DNA from: Candidatus Poribacteria bacterium
GTDB taxonomy: Bacteria; Poribacteria; WGA-4E; WGA-3G
NCBI GenBank assembly: GCA_965198235.1
Contig: OZ240248.1
Span: 992,001-1,056,000, forward strand
DNA: 64,000 bases
Reading direction: 5' to 3'
Of the stretch, positions 1 through 9,499 are shown one piece after another (within the stretch, counting starts at the first letter, position 1; every line of letters begins with the position of its first letter). The translations under genes were made by a program, and so were the position numbers. The notes beneath the pieces are model-generated. The model was not told the DNA's origin and ran no database searches. It worked only from the letters and a program-made list of their open reading frames with translations.

Positions 1-630
1 TTGGATAAACTCCCTGCCGCACAGCAGTTCTGTGACGACCCCGATTTCGTCAACGGCGATCTCGGCACAAAAAACATAGGTGTTATCGGACTCGGGCAAA
101 TTGGCGGAAAAATCGCAAAATGGTGCAGGGTCTTCGGGGCGACGGTGATGGGTTTCGATCCGTATGTTCCGGACGAACTTCTCCAAGAATGGAACGTGCA
201 ACGCGCTGACATGGACACGCTCGCTGATAGCTCGGATATCGTTTTTGTGGCGGTTCCACCGACACCTTCAGCCAAACATCTGTTGAATCGAGAACGTATC
301 TATCACTTACGGAAAGGTAGTTTGGTTGTCGTGATTACACGCGCCTTTGCCGTTGATATGGACGCATTACGAGAACGCATCGTGAAAGACGAACTCGCAG
401 GGGCATTCGATGTTTACGATAACGAACCGGTTCCCGTTGACGATGAATTACGCAATCGGGACAACGTTGTTCACACACCGCATATCGCAGGCAGAACGGA
501 AGATTCCAATTTACGCGTAGCAGATATGACAGTGGACGATTTTGTGCGGGTACTAAAGAGCGAGACACCCATCGGTGCTTTGACACCAAAAGCAGTTGAG
601 GTGAGAACTTCACCGACCCCAGATCTTTAA
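1..630 (+). CDS. D-isomer-specific 2-hydroxyacid dehydrogenase (SerA-like), 5'-partial
   Basis: Rossmann motif GVIGLGQIG, DVYDNEP and catalytic TPHIAG; runs off the window start. Confidence 0.85.
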   Translation: MDKLPAAQQFCDDPDFVNGDLGTKNIGVIGLGQIGGKIAKWCRVFGATVMGFDPYVPDELLQEWNVQRADMDTLADSSDIVFVAVPPTPSAKHLLNRERIYHLRKGSLVVVITRAFAVDMDALRERIVKDELAGAFDVYDNEPVPVDDELRNRDNVVHTPHIAGRTEDSNLRVADMTVDDFVRVLKSETPIGALTPKAVEVRTSPTPDL

Positions 631-958
631 TTATTAAGTTTCTGCTCTGCCCTCCACTTCGTTTCGGGCAGGTTTTTGGTCCAGTTCACGCGGGGTTGGT
701 CCTTTCTCGTCTTTAAGGCAGTTGGAATTAACCAGAAGCCGGGACCCCGCCTGTTACTGGAGAGGGGTGCGAAACGCTTTTCTAACGATGGGCCTCTGAG
801 TTGCCCTCCAAATGTAACGCATTCTCGCTACAAAGCAAAATTACGCCATTTAAGGCATAATTTCGTTTCGGGCAGGTTTTCGGTGCAATCCACACGGAGT
901 GGGTTCGCCGAAACCCGCTCGTACTTAACCAGACACCATCGTGAAACGAAGTGGAACG

Positions 959-2065
959 ATGACCAAATGTAACAGTTTAAAATATCAAAATCTCGTTCGT
1001 TCAGACATCGCGGATATGGCACCGTATACGCCGATTGTTCCTTTCGATGTCTTGAGTAAACGCCTTGGTATTCCTGTTGAAGACATCATAAAACTTGATG
1101 CGAACGAGAACCCCTACGGTCCCTCTCCCTCCGTCTATCGAGCACTTGCCAATGAAAAGGATTACCACATATATCCAGACCCGGATAGCACTGCGCTCCG
1201 CCAAGCACTGAGTCGGTACACAGGCATTGATGCAACGCATATCATCGCCGGACAGGGCGCAGATGAACTGATTGATCTTATAGTTCGACTGTTCGTCACC
1301 CCTGGAGACGCGGTTATCAATTGTCCTCCAACATTTGGAATGTACCGTTTCGACACGGAACTTAACGGGGGAAAAATTATTGATGTCGAACGAAAAGCAG
1401 ATTTTTCCTTAGACACTGAATCAATAGTTGAAATTGCCTCCAGTGGCAGAAACGCCAAAATCCTCTTTATCACAAGCCCGAACAATCCTGACGGTAGTGT
1501 CCTCAGTGATGCATGTCTTCGGCAACTGCTTCAATTACCACTAATTGTTGTATTAGATGAAGCCTATATCGAATTCGCCGGGGGCAGCCGTGCAGACTGG
1601 GTTTTAGAACATGAAAATCTGATTGTGCTTCGGACGTTTAGTAAGTGGGCAGGACTTGCAGGGTTGCGGGTAGGCTATGGTGTCTTTCCGCACTGGATAA
1701 TTTCGCACCTGTTGAAGATTAAGCAGCCATACAATGTAAACGTCGCCGGGTCAACCGCGGCATTAGCTTCGCTGTCAGACGTACGTCAACTCCAGGAAAA
1801 TATCAGGAAAATTGTGGAGGAGCGTGAACGACTCTATCCAGCCTTGCGAAATTTTGACTTCTTAGATCCTTATCCGAGTGAGGCGAATTTCATTCTGTCA
1901 AGGGTTGTTGGAAGAGACGCGGCGGGATTGAAAGCGGCGTTAGCTGAGCGAGGCATTCTCATCCGATATTTTAACACACCACGCTTACAAGACCACGTCC
2001 GGATCAGCGTTGGTAAGCCGTCGCAGACATCCGTCCTCCTGGACGCACTCGCAACGTTGGCGTAA
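959..2065 (+). CDS. hisC: Histidinol-phosphate aminotransferase
   Basis: KLDANENPYG, SPNNPDG, DEAYIEF and PLP-lysine motif RTFSKWAGLAGLRVGY; start uncertain (ATG 959 lies inside a repeat hairpin). Confidence 0.92.
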   Translation: MTKCNSLKYQNLVRSDIADMAPYTPIVPFDVLSKRLGIPVEDIIKLDANENPYGPSPSVYRALANEKDYHIYPDPDSTALRQALSRYTGIDATHIIAGQGADELIDLIVRLFVTPGDAVINCPPTFGMYRFDTELNGGKIIDVERKADFSLDTESIVEIASSGRNAKILFITSPNNPDGSVLSDACLRQLLQLPLIVVLDEAYIEFAGGSRADWVLEHENLIVLRTFSKWAGLAGLRVGYGVFPHWIISHLLKIKQPYNVNVAGSTAALASLSDVRQLQENIRKIVEERERLYPALRNFDFLDPYPSEANFILSRVVGRDAAGLKAALAERGILIRYFNTPRLQDHVRISVGKPSQTSVLLDALATLA

Positions 2066-2152
2066 TTGTGGGGGAATACTCGCCGTTTTTGGTTTGCCTC
2101 ACAAAGAGAGTAGGAAGACAACCTACTCCTGGCTAAAATTGAGTGCCACGGA

Positions 2153-3439
2153 CTACGCGTTGTAGGGTTCCAAGACTTCTTCTACAGAGCGGCTATTTGG
2201 AAACCATCCGACGATTTTCTGTAATACCTCGTCCAGCAACACATCAGGGCAAGAGGCACCAGCCGTCAACACAATGTCAGTCGGTAAAGAGGTCTCTGGT
2301 GAAGGGACACCGTCTTGCTGACCGCTGACCGCTGACTGCTGACTGCTTCTTGGAAAAAGCCAGTCCTTTGTGGTCTTCACCTGTTTTGTTTCCAACTCAA
2401 GGTGTCGAATCTCTTTAGGGTCCAGTAGTTCGTCTGCATCTCGGATGAAATATGTAGGGAGACGTTGTTGACAAAGCTCCACAAGATGGCTTGTATTGGA
2501 TGAATTATAGCCCCCGACGACCACTGCAATGTCACCACCATCAGCAATGAGTGCGAGCGTTGCGTCTTGGTTTTCCTTAGTGGCATAACAGAGCGTGTCT
2601 CTCGTATCCGCGAAATGTGCCGATATCTCAGTGTCCCCGTCCGTCGTCCTGATCGCTTCCCGTAGTAAATCGGCAATTGCCTGTGTTTCGGTAGCAAGCA
2701 TCGTTGTTTGGTTGACAACACCTATGCGCTTGAGGTGGACAGTGGGATCAAAACCGGGAGAGAATCGGTCTGCAAACTTTTCAAAGAAGAACGCGGTATC
2801 TTTTTCACCCGATATCACTTTTGCTAAAGCTTGTGCTTCCGAAAGGTCACGAACGACGACGACAGGCGCGCCTGCTTGTGCATGGGAAAACGTCGCCCGG
2901 GTTTCTTCATGATAGCGTTTTCCGTGAATTACGACCGTGTAATCCTGCTTTCCGATTTCCTCACTCCGCCGCCAAACTTTTTCAACGAACGGACACGTCG
3001 TGTTATAGGCTGTGAGGGTAACGCCGCGCGCTTTGAGAGCCTGTTCTACTTCAAGGGTTGTCCCAAAAGCAGGAACGATGACAACATCGTCAGGCATTAA
3101 AATATCGAAAGGGAGGAGTGGGGTCCCGGCGGTATCCATTAGGAACTCGACACCTCGGTGTTTCAGGTTTTCGTTGACTCGCGGGTTGTGAATAATTTCG
3201 GATAGTAGAAAGATACGCTTATCCGGATTTTCTGCTAACGCCTGATATGCAATTTCAATCGCATTTTCAACACCGTAGCAGAACCCAAAATGACGAGCGA
3301 TTTTAAAGCGGACAGGTCCGAAATCCAATAAGGTTGGCGAAAGATCTCGCTTTCGGGCATCAGTTTCGCGACGGGCATGCTTAACGACAGAGATAACCGG
3401 ACTATGATAGAAGTGAGGGAGTTTAAAAGTTCGGGGCAT
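2153..3439 (-). CDS. ispH: 4-hydroxy-3-methylbut-2-enyl diphosphate reductase
   Basis: FGFCYGVENA, TCPFVEKV, TLCYAT, VGGYNSSNT and TAGASCPD motifs; carries a repeat-derived in-frame insert near the C-terminus. Confidence 0.95.
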   Translation of the reverse strand: MPRTFKLPHFYHSPVISVVKHARRETDARKRDLSPTLLDFGPVRFKIARHFGFCYGVENAIEIAYQALAENPDKRIFLLSEIIHNPRVNENLKHRGVEFLMDTAGTPLLPFDILMPDDVVIVPAFGTTLEVEQALKARGVTLTAYNTTCPFVEKVWRRSEEIGKQDYTVVIHGKRYHEETRATFSHAQAGAPVVVVRDLSEAQALAKVISGEKDTAFFFEKFADRFSPGFDPTVHLKRIGVVNQTTMLATETQAIADLLREAIRTTDGDTEISAHFADTRDTLCYATKENQDATLALIADGGDIAVVVGGYNSSNTSHLVELCQQRLPTYFIRDADELLDPKEIRHLELETKQVKTTKDWLFPRSSQQSAVSGQQDGVPSPETSLPTDIVLTAGASCPDVLLDEVLQKIVGWFPNSRSVEEVLEPYNA

Positions 3440-3649
3440 TTTTTTAACTATGGGGCTTCTGGGCGTTTCTCCATTACATTCCGAAACGGTGGACGGTTAA
3501 GTCCGCGGTGTTTGGAGATCGGAACGGTTTTCAGAGAGAGATTCAAACGGCAACGGATACCATCGCAGATACGGATAATTGTCGTTACGGGCCACCGTCA
3601 CAACATCCGACCGCTCCCCTTAATGCGAAGCATGCCATAAAGTCCTTCT

Positions 3650-3784
3650 TTAGGCACTCAGGACTTTTCGTCCCTTCGCGCGGCGGCGCGCAATAGTTTG
3701 CCTTCCATGCCGCGTGGACATCCGTTTCCGGAAACCCATCTTATTTTTCCGTTTCCGACGATGCGGTTGATATGTGCGTTTCAT
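3650..3784 (-). CDS. rpmH: 50S ribosomal protein L34
   Basis: [44 protein letters not shown] from the ATG at 3784. Confidence 0.97.
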   Translation of the reverse strand: MKRTYQPHRRKRKNKMGFRKRMSTRHGRQTIARRRAKGRKVLSA

Positions 3785-4202
3785 GTTTTTAATTTTCCTC
3801 GCGGTTCGGTCAGGACAGTAGGAGGTTTGAGGAACCTCGCCGTATATCTGAAGAAACACCCAAGCAAAAACCCTTCCACTTCGTTTCAGGCTTCGCACTT
3901 AGGGTTAATCGTTAAAGAAATGTTTTTGCCAGAATGATGTTACGCTTGGCTTTATAGTAAAGCCCGAAAATATGTAGGCAGTTGTTCAGCGAACGAACCC
4001 CCCACGGTCACCGCTGGTGAAGTGTTTTGCTCGGGGTTTTTGCTTGGGTGTTTCCCTGCGGATTTCCCCTAAGTATCCTTGCCTCCCCGCAATGTCCAAG
4101 TAATTGTAGATTTTACTAAACTATAAAATGATACCGATAGATTAAACATGTCCATTTCTGAACATATCTGTCGAAAACAGACTTTGGGCTACTAATATTT
4201 AT

Positions 4203-4231
4203 AGTATACCATAATTCCGAATAGAAGTCAA
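4203..4231 (-). promoter_or_regulatory. Sigma70-type promoter for rpmH-ispH
   Basis: Minus strand TTGACT-N17-TATACT with extended -10 TG. Confidence 0.6.
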
Positions 4232-4285
4232 GCCAATCTTGTGAGGTATTCTTGGAGTTGAAGGCGGGCGTTGCGGAGGTGTGTT

Positions 4286-4582
4286 TTAATCGTGCCTTCG
4301 GAGCGTCCTATTTGCTTTGCTATCACTTTGGCTGTAAAGGTTTAGGGTTTGCCCGTTATCTCTACCGAGGGGCATCCATCGGTGCATATCACGTTCTGGC
4401 AGTTTCCCTAGTTCCGAGATCTGTTGTGCCTGAAAATAGTAGGTGTAAGCATCAACGCCCGTGAAATGGCCTTCAGGGATAGCGGTTGTGCTCTGAATGC
4501 GAATCCAGAAAGCGACAAGCAGAATTGCAGACAGAAGTATTGATTTGAGTAGCGTTGAGATGTTGAACATTGTTGCGGACAT
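4286..4582 (-). pseudogene. N-terminal fragment of an STT3/AglB-like oligosaccharyltransferase-family membrane protein
   Basis: TM helix ending AFWIRI followed by DAYTYY...RWMPLGRD, resembling the STT3 first loop; only 98 aa, ending in unrelated sequence. Confidence 0.5.
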
Positions 4583-5085
4583 TAATCCGCCGTTTCATTG
4601 TCTGCTGGATCTTCATCACTGAAATCGGTTTTGATGTTGTACCCCATTACAGGTTCATCCGTTAAGATGCCCAGTCTTTCATATCGCTCTTTGTCCTTTT
4701 TCCACGCTTTTAACCTAGCCTTTGCTTCAAGAGACGGATAGAGATAGGCTTCCGCAGTATAGAGTTCTATTGCCTCATCAACGTTGAGTCCAATGCCAAA
4801 TAGAAATTTTCGCTGGAGCCGAATATAGGTACGGACTTCTGGAATATCCCCGAACTTCTTGATAAGCGGATTGTGCGGACTCGGATTGTCGGGGTCATCG
4901 CGAAACGGGTTAAATCCGATGATGAAATCTTCTTTTTTGGTATCCTGTTTTTTGGCATCCTGTCTTTCAAGTGTGGGGTCGGGAACCGATGCGTTTTGGG
5001 GCGTTTCGTTGACGTGCCTCACACTGCAACCGGAGAGGAGGGTGATGAAAATAAAACATCCGAGTAACGTCTTCAAAGTTTTCAC
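4582..5085 (-). CDS. Hypothetical lipoprotein
   Basis: Signal peptide with lipobox LSGC; shares FGDIPEV motif and YxLxP with the neighbouring ORF. Confidence 0.75.
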   Translation of the reverse strand: MKTLKTLLGCFIFITLLSGCSVRHVNETPQNASVPDPTLERQDAKKQDTKKEDFIIGFNPFRDDPDNPSPHNPLIKKFGDIPEVRTYIRLQRKFLFGIGLNVDEAIELYTAEAYLYPSLEAKARLKAWKKDKERYERLGILTDEPVMGYNIKTDFSDEDPADNETAD

Positions 5086-5089
5086 GGCT

Positions 5090-5452
5090 TTACCTCACGA
5101 TTCGAGTGCTGCTTGGATACTCAGTGGCTCTTTTCTCCAAGAAAATCTCAAGCGTTTTCTTGGTTCTTGGATCTGGCCACAAAGAGTACTGGGCTCTTGT
5201 AAATTCAATGTGCTCATCCAAGGAGAGCGGTTGATTCTTGAGTTTTTTCTCGTTTAACGCCAAAAATGTGTGAACCTCTGGAATGTCGCCAAAACGTCGA
5301 AGTAAACTGACACGCATCATATCTACCAATTCATCTGGATCCATATCCTCAATCCGCGTGATTTTCTTTGCAAACGGGGAACGGGCGGGTTGATGTTCGT
5401 CATCGTTTTGCCACGACCGTATCGTCAAACAGAAGGTATCCTTGTGAGTCAA
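5090..5452 (-). CDS. Hypothetical protein, paralog of 4582-5085, probably 5'-truncated
   Basis: RRFGDIPEVHTF matches KKFGDIPEVRTY; no signal peptide; abuts an IS remnant. Confidence 0.6.
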   Translation of the reverse strand: MTHKDTFCLTIRSWQNDDEHQPARSPFAKKITRIEDMDPDELVDMMRVSLLRRFGDIPEVHTFLALNEKKLKNQPLSLDEHIEFTRAQYSLWPDPRTKKTLEIFLEKRATEYPSSTRIVR

Positions 5453-5455
5453 ACT

Positions 5456-5780
5456 CTATTGCCTCGCAGTGAGAGTTCGCACCGATCGCCACAGATCCCC
5501 CGCAGAGATGCGTTCCTCACGAAGCAAACGATTGAGTTGGTCGTGACTCCATCGGTCTGTATGATCCGAAAAATACGTCTGCGTGAAGTTATCGAAACTT
5601 GCTAACAGAAACTACCAGTAATCGGAAAATAACGAGTGCTTCTTTTCAGAGAGGGTTACGGTTTTCATAAACTCAGAGTATAACACATTTCTAAACTATT
5701 GCGTAAGTTCTATATCTGTGTTTCTCAAAAGGGATATGGTTCGTAGTCGCGCAATTCATTGCGCATTGCGTAAGTCCTAA
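5456..5780 (-). mobile_element. IS701-family transposase remnant with terminal-repeat-like ends
   Basis: From the ATG at 5668: ...DYW*FLLASFDNFTQTYFSDHTDRWSHDQLNRLLREERISAGDLWRSV, resembling the IS701-family N-terminus with one in-frame TAG; TGCGTAAGT(T/C)CT motifs at ~5700 and ~5768. Confidence 0.65.
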
Positions 5781-6213
5781 AATAATTCCATTTTTCCGTG
5801 GTTTCATAACATAATAACGCGTATCAAGGATAGAAAGGTTGCATAAAATCCAGGACCATTGCGTTTTCAATTTTCTGGGGTCGTAGAGAAGACTAAAGTT
5901 TGAACAATTTTAAGAATTAAAAGCGTCTAAACGTGATCTCCTCTCTGTACTCTGAGAGACACAGTTTTGGGTGAAAAGGGTGCATAGTCTTATTAAGAAA
6001 GCCACAAGGCACCGCGTTTTTTCTCTGCATTAGATCCCTACGCGCAACTCTTAGCGTCATCACTAACACTTTGAAAACGTAATAGGAAGGTTACCAAAAA
6101 GTGCATTGGATTGTAATTGAACTTGATAAAATTTCGATTTCAGTTCAGAATATTTTGTCAGCGGAAGTTGCAACATAAATTATAAAATCAAAGAAAGTTC
6201 TCTACAAAAAATG

Positions 6214-6242
6214 TTGACTTTTCTGCAATATAATGATATGAT
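6214..6242 (+). promoter_or_regulatory. dnaA promoter
   Basis: TTGACT-N17-TATGAT with extended -10 TG, ~70 bp upstream of the ATG. Confidence 0.65.
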
Positions 6243-6311
6243 ATTTCTTATAAAATGATTTTTTTTCATAAAAATGGTATCATAATTTTATCATAGTTTC
6301 TTACAGGAAAT

Positions 6312-7709
6312 ATGCTCATGCGGCACACCCCAAATGAAATCTGGCTGGAAATATTAGAAAAACTCAGCGAGACAGCGAGGCAGGATGTCTATCTTCACCA
6401 AGCGGTTCCGCTTTCAATCACAGCGGAGGCGTTGAATATAGCCGTCCCTTCTGCGTACACGCGTGCAAGGATTGAGGAGCGTTTTCGTGCTGATATCCAA
6501 CGGGTTTTGGCGACACTCATCGGGGCACAATGTGCACTCATCCTTACCGTAGACGAACCCACGTCCGAAGGCAGTGAAGACTTTAGCGAAACGCAGAACG
6601 AAGAGAATTTTAACCAATTGCCTAATTCAAATCGGACATCGAACACTCAGGTACCTGTGCCATCAATACAGAATGAAACAGGGTTGAATCCGAACTATCG
6701 GTTTGATAGATTCATTGTTGGTTCCAGCAATATGATTTGTCACGCGACAGCCTTAGCTGTTTCAGAAAACCCCGGACGTGACTATAACCCGCTCTTTATC
6801 TATGGCGGTGTGGGATTGGGAAAAACCCATCTGCTACATGCAATTGGTAACCGACTTTTAGCATACCAACCAGATAAGAAAGTCCTCTACGTTACATCAG
6901 AAACCTTTATGAACGAGTACGTTGAGTCCATCGTCAACCGCGGATCAGCGCAAGGATTCCGGACAAAATACCGAACCGCAGATATGCTCTTGATTGATGA
7001 CATACAGTTCTTACAAGCCAAGGAGGGTACACAAGAGGAGTTCTTTAATACCTTTAATGCCCTTCATATGAACTCAAACCAGATAGTCATGAGCAGTGAC
7101 CGGACACCAGACAACCTCGAAAACCTTGAAGAACGCCTCCAATCTCGGTTTCAATCAGGCATGGTAGCTGAAATTAGCATGCCACAATACGAAATACGTA
7201 TCGCTATTCTGCGGCAGAAATGTCGAGACCAAGGGTTGGACAATCTCCCCGATGACGTACTCAGTTACATCGCAGAGATGGTCACAACCAACATCCGAGA
7301 ACTCGAAGGAACTCTTGTGCGGCTAATTGCTCAAGCAACAATATTCAAAGAAGACTTGACTTTGGACTTCGCGCGGCAGGTACTGAGTGATGTCGGGACA
7401 CCCTCACCGATTCGACATCGAAAAACTGCTACATCAAGAGCCATACAAACAGCTGTCGCCGATTACTTTGGAATCGAAACAGAGGATCTCGTATCTCAGA
7501 AACGGACAAAGGAATTGGTGCAACCGCGTCAGATCGCTATGTACATGTGCAGAGAACTGACGCCAATGTCATATTCAAATATTGCACAAGCGTTTAATAG
7601 GGAAAATCATACGACTGTCATCCATGCCTGCAGACAGATAGAAAAAATGATTGCGGAAAATGACGAAGAGCGACAAATGATTCTCCTATTACTCGATCAA
7701 TTCCGCTAA
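6312..7709 (+). CDS. dnaA: Chromosomal replication initiator protein
   Basis: YNPLFIYGGVGLGKTHL, LLIDDIQF, RLQSRF, NIRELEG and domain IV HTTVIHA. Confidence 0.98.
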   Translation: MLMRHTPNEIWLEILEKLSETARQDVYLHQAVPLSITAEALNIAVPSAYTRARIEERFRADIQRVLATLIGAQCALILTVDEPTSEGSEDFSETQNEENFNQLPNSNRTSNTQVPVPSIQNETGLNPNYRFDRFIVGSSNMICHATALAVSENPGRDYNPLFIYGGVGLGKTHLLHAIGNRLLAYQPDKKVLYVTSETFMNEYVESIVNRGSAQGFRTKYRTADMLLIDDIQFLQAKEGTQEEFFNTFNALHMNSNQIVMSSDRTPDNLENLEERLQSRFQSGMVAEISMPQYEIRIAILRQKCRDQGLDNLPDDVLSYIAEMVTTNIRELEGTLVRLIAQATIFKEDLTLDFARQVLSDVGTPSPIRHRKTATSRAIQTAVADYFGIETEDLVSQKRTKELVQPRQIAMYMCRELTPMSYSNIAQAFNRENHTTVIHACRQIEKMIAENDEERQMILLLLDQFR

Positions 7710-7794
7710 CGAAATCCGCCGGTGCTGCCGTCCCAAGTTTCCACTTTTCAGTTTCAAGTCGTCCCTTTTTCAGTTTTACGGTGCACCTCAAACT

Positions 7795-8062
7795 TGTGGA
7801 TAACTTGTGGATAACTTGTGGATAACTATGTAATTCTCTGTTGACAAATTGTGGATAACTTGTGGATAAGTCAAAAATTTTCCGTGTCTGTGGATAACTT
7901 GTGGATAAGTCAAAAAGTTATCCACAAGTTATCCACAGGTACTTGTCAATGGTGGTAAGGGTTCAGACGAGTTATCCACTTATCCACAGCCCCTACTACT
8001 GCTACTACAATTTAATATATATATATATCGTAATTAGTACAAGTATTAGGAATTGTGGATAA
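7795..8062. other. oriC: Replication origin oriC (DnaA-box cluster, DnaA-trios, AT-rich unwinding element)
   Basis: 11 perfect TTATCCACA/TGTGGATAA boxes (7795, 7806, 7817, 7850, 7861, 7889, 7900, 7918, 7929, 7980, 8054) plus a 1-mismatch box at 7972; box 7980 is followed by GCCC, CTACTACTGCTACTAC and an (AT)n tract. Confidence 0.95.
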
Positions 8063-8146
8063 CTCGGAAATTATCAAACAAGAAAAGTTGTCAAACAAAG
8101 AAATTTATCAAACAGGACTCAAGGAAATTTTCTGCATCTAAAACAA

Positions 8147-9499
8147 ATGCTACTCAATAAAATTGTTCTACGCAACTTCCGTAACTATGTCGATTGCGAA
8201 GTGAGTTTTTCCACGCCTGTCAATCTAATTATTGGCGGGAACGCGCAAGGGAAGACAAGTCTGCTTGAAGCAATTTATTTCCTTTGTACTGCTGAATCGC
8301 ACCGGGCGACTCGCGATGGTGAATTAATTCGGCACAACGAAGCAGGATTTTATCTGAAAGGAATGTTGGGAAACAGTCGTAACGATGTGATGTCGCTTGA
8401 GGCGATGAAGCGGGCGCGTGGGCAGTTTAAACTTAAAAAGAATGGGATGCTTCAAACGAAACGCTCTGAATGGATTGGGCAGTTTAATGCGGTGCTCTTC
8501 TCACCGGAGTCCCTTGTATTGGTGAAGGGCGGACCCGCAGAACGCCGAAGGTTTTTGGACTTGCTCATCTCACAAATCGACAGCACCTACCTAAAAAATT
8601 TGCAGAAATATAAACTGGTTCTCAGGCAACGGAACGAACTTCTTAAACAAATTCGCACGACGTTAGTGGATGCGGTACAGTTAGATGTCTGGGACAAACT
8701 TTTAATTGCCCACGGTACTGCAATTATTATAAAGCGATTGGAAATTTTTCATCAATTAAAAGCCTACGCCATGCAAAATCACCAAAAACTCACTGGTGGT
8801 CAAGAAAACCTCGCATTGACGTATTGTTCCGCGCTGATGCGGAACAATACGTCAATGCATAACACCCATAATACAGAAGATGAAGATACGGAAAATTCAA
8901 TAGGCGAATCAGAGATTGGGTTCCTTGAGACCAAAACCGAAACCGAGATATCAAAGCACTTCAATGCAGCTTTAAATGCATCGCGCGGTGCTGATTTACA
9001 GAGAGGCACAACCCTCGTCGGACCGCATCGCGACGACTTTCTCATCGAACTGGAGAACGCGTTTGGAACATCCAGCCTTGATTCCGACAGCGAAAATCGC
9101 TTGGAAGCCACGGACGCTGAGAAAGAGGAGGTGGACCACAAAGATTCCCAAATTCAAGATCCACTCCCAAAATCCGAAATTGGAACGTTCCGAGAGGGAG
9201 CGCGCGCTTACGGGTCCCAGGGTCAGCAACGGACGATAGCGTTAGCACTTAAACTGGCAGAGTTAGAATTAATCCGAGCTGTGACGGGGCAGGATCCGAT
9301 CGTCCTTCTGGACGACGTCACTTCAGAATTGGATTACAAGCGAACAGAGTATCTATTAAACGTTCTCCAAAATTTGAGTGCGCAAACCTTCATTACTGCG
9401 ACCCACGCTGAACCTCTCGTGCACCACCTCAACCAGCCAAACGTCTTAACAGTAGAAAATGCCCAGATAAACCACGCCCCCGAAACTAATTTTAAATGA
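8147..9499 (+). CDS. recF: DNA replication and repair protein RecF
   Basis: GGNAQGKTSLLEAI, GGPAERRRFLD, GPHRDD, GSQGQQR and LLDDVTSELD. Confidence 0.96.
   Translation: MLLNKIVLRNFRNYVDCEVSFSTPVNLIIGGNAQGKTSLLEAIYFLCTAESHRATRDGELIRHNEAGFYLKGMLGNSRNDVMSLEAMKRARGQFKLKKNGMLQTKRSEWIGQFNAVLFSPESLVLVKGGPAERRRFLDLLISQIDSTYLKNLQKYKLVLRQRNELLKQIRTTLVDAVQLDVWDKLLIAHGTAIIIKRLEIFHQLKAYAMQNHQKLTGGQENLALTYCSALMRNNTSMHNTHNTEDEDTENSIGESEIGFLETKTETEISKHFNAALNASRGADLQRGTTLVGPHRDDFLIELENAFGTSSLDSDSENRLEATDAEKEEVDHKDSQIQDPLPKSEIGTFREGARAYGSQGQQRTIALALKLAELELIRAVTGQDPIVLLDDVTSELDYKRTEYLLNVLQNLSAQTFITATHAEPLVHHLNQPNVLTVENAQINHAPETNFK

Noticed and set aside
3490-3640. Expected rnpA/yidD downstream of rpmH
   Set aside because: Minus-strand ATG-initiated frames stop within 18 codons and show no matching motifs
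7791-7940. Tandem 11-bp repeats as a CRISPR array or iterons
   Set aside because: Units are DnaA boxes with 2-bp linkers and no unique spacers; explained by oriC
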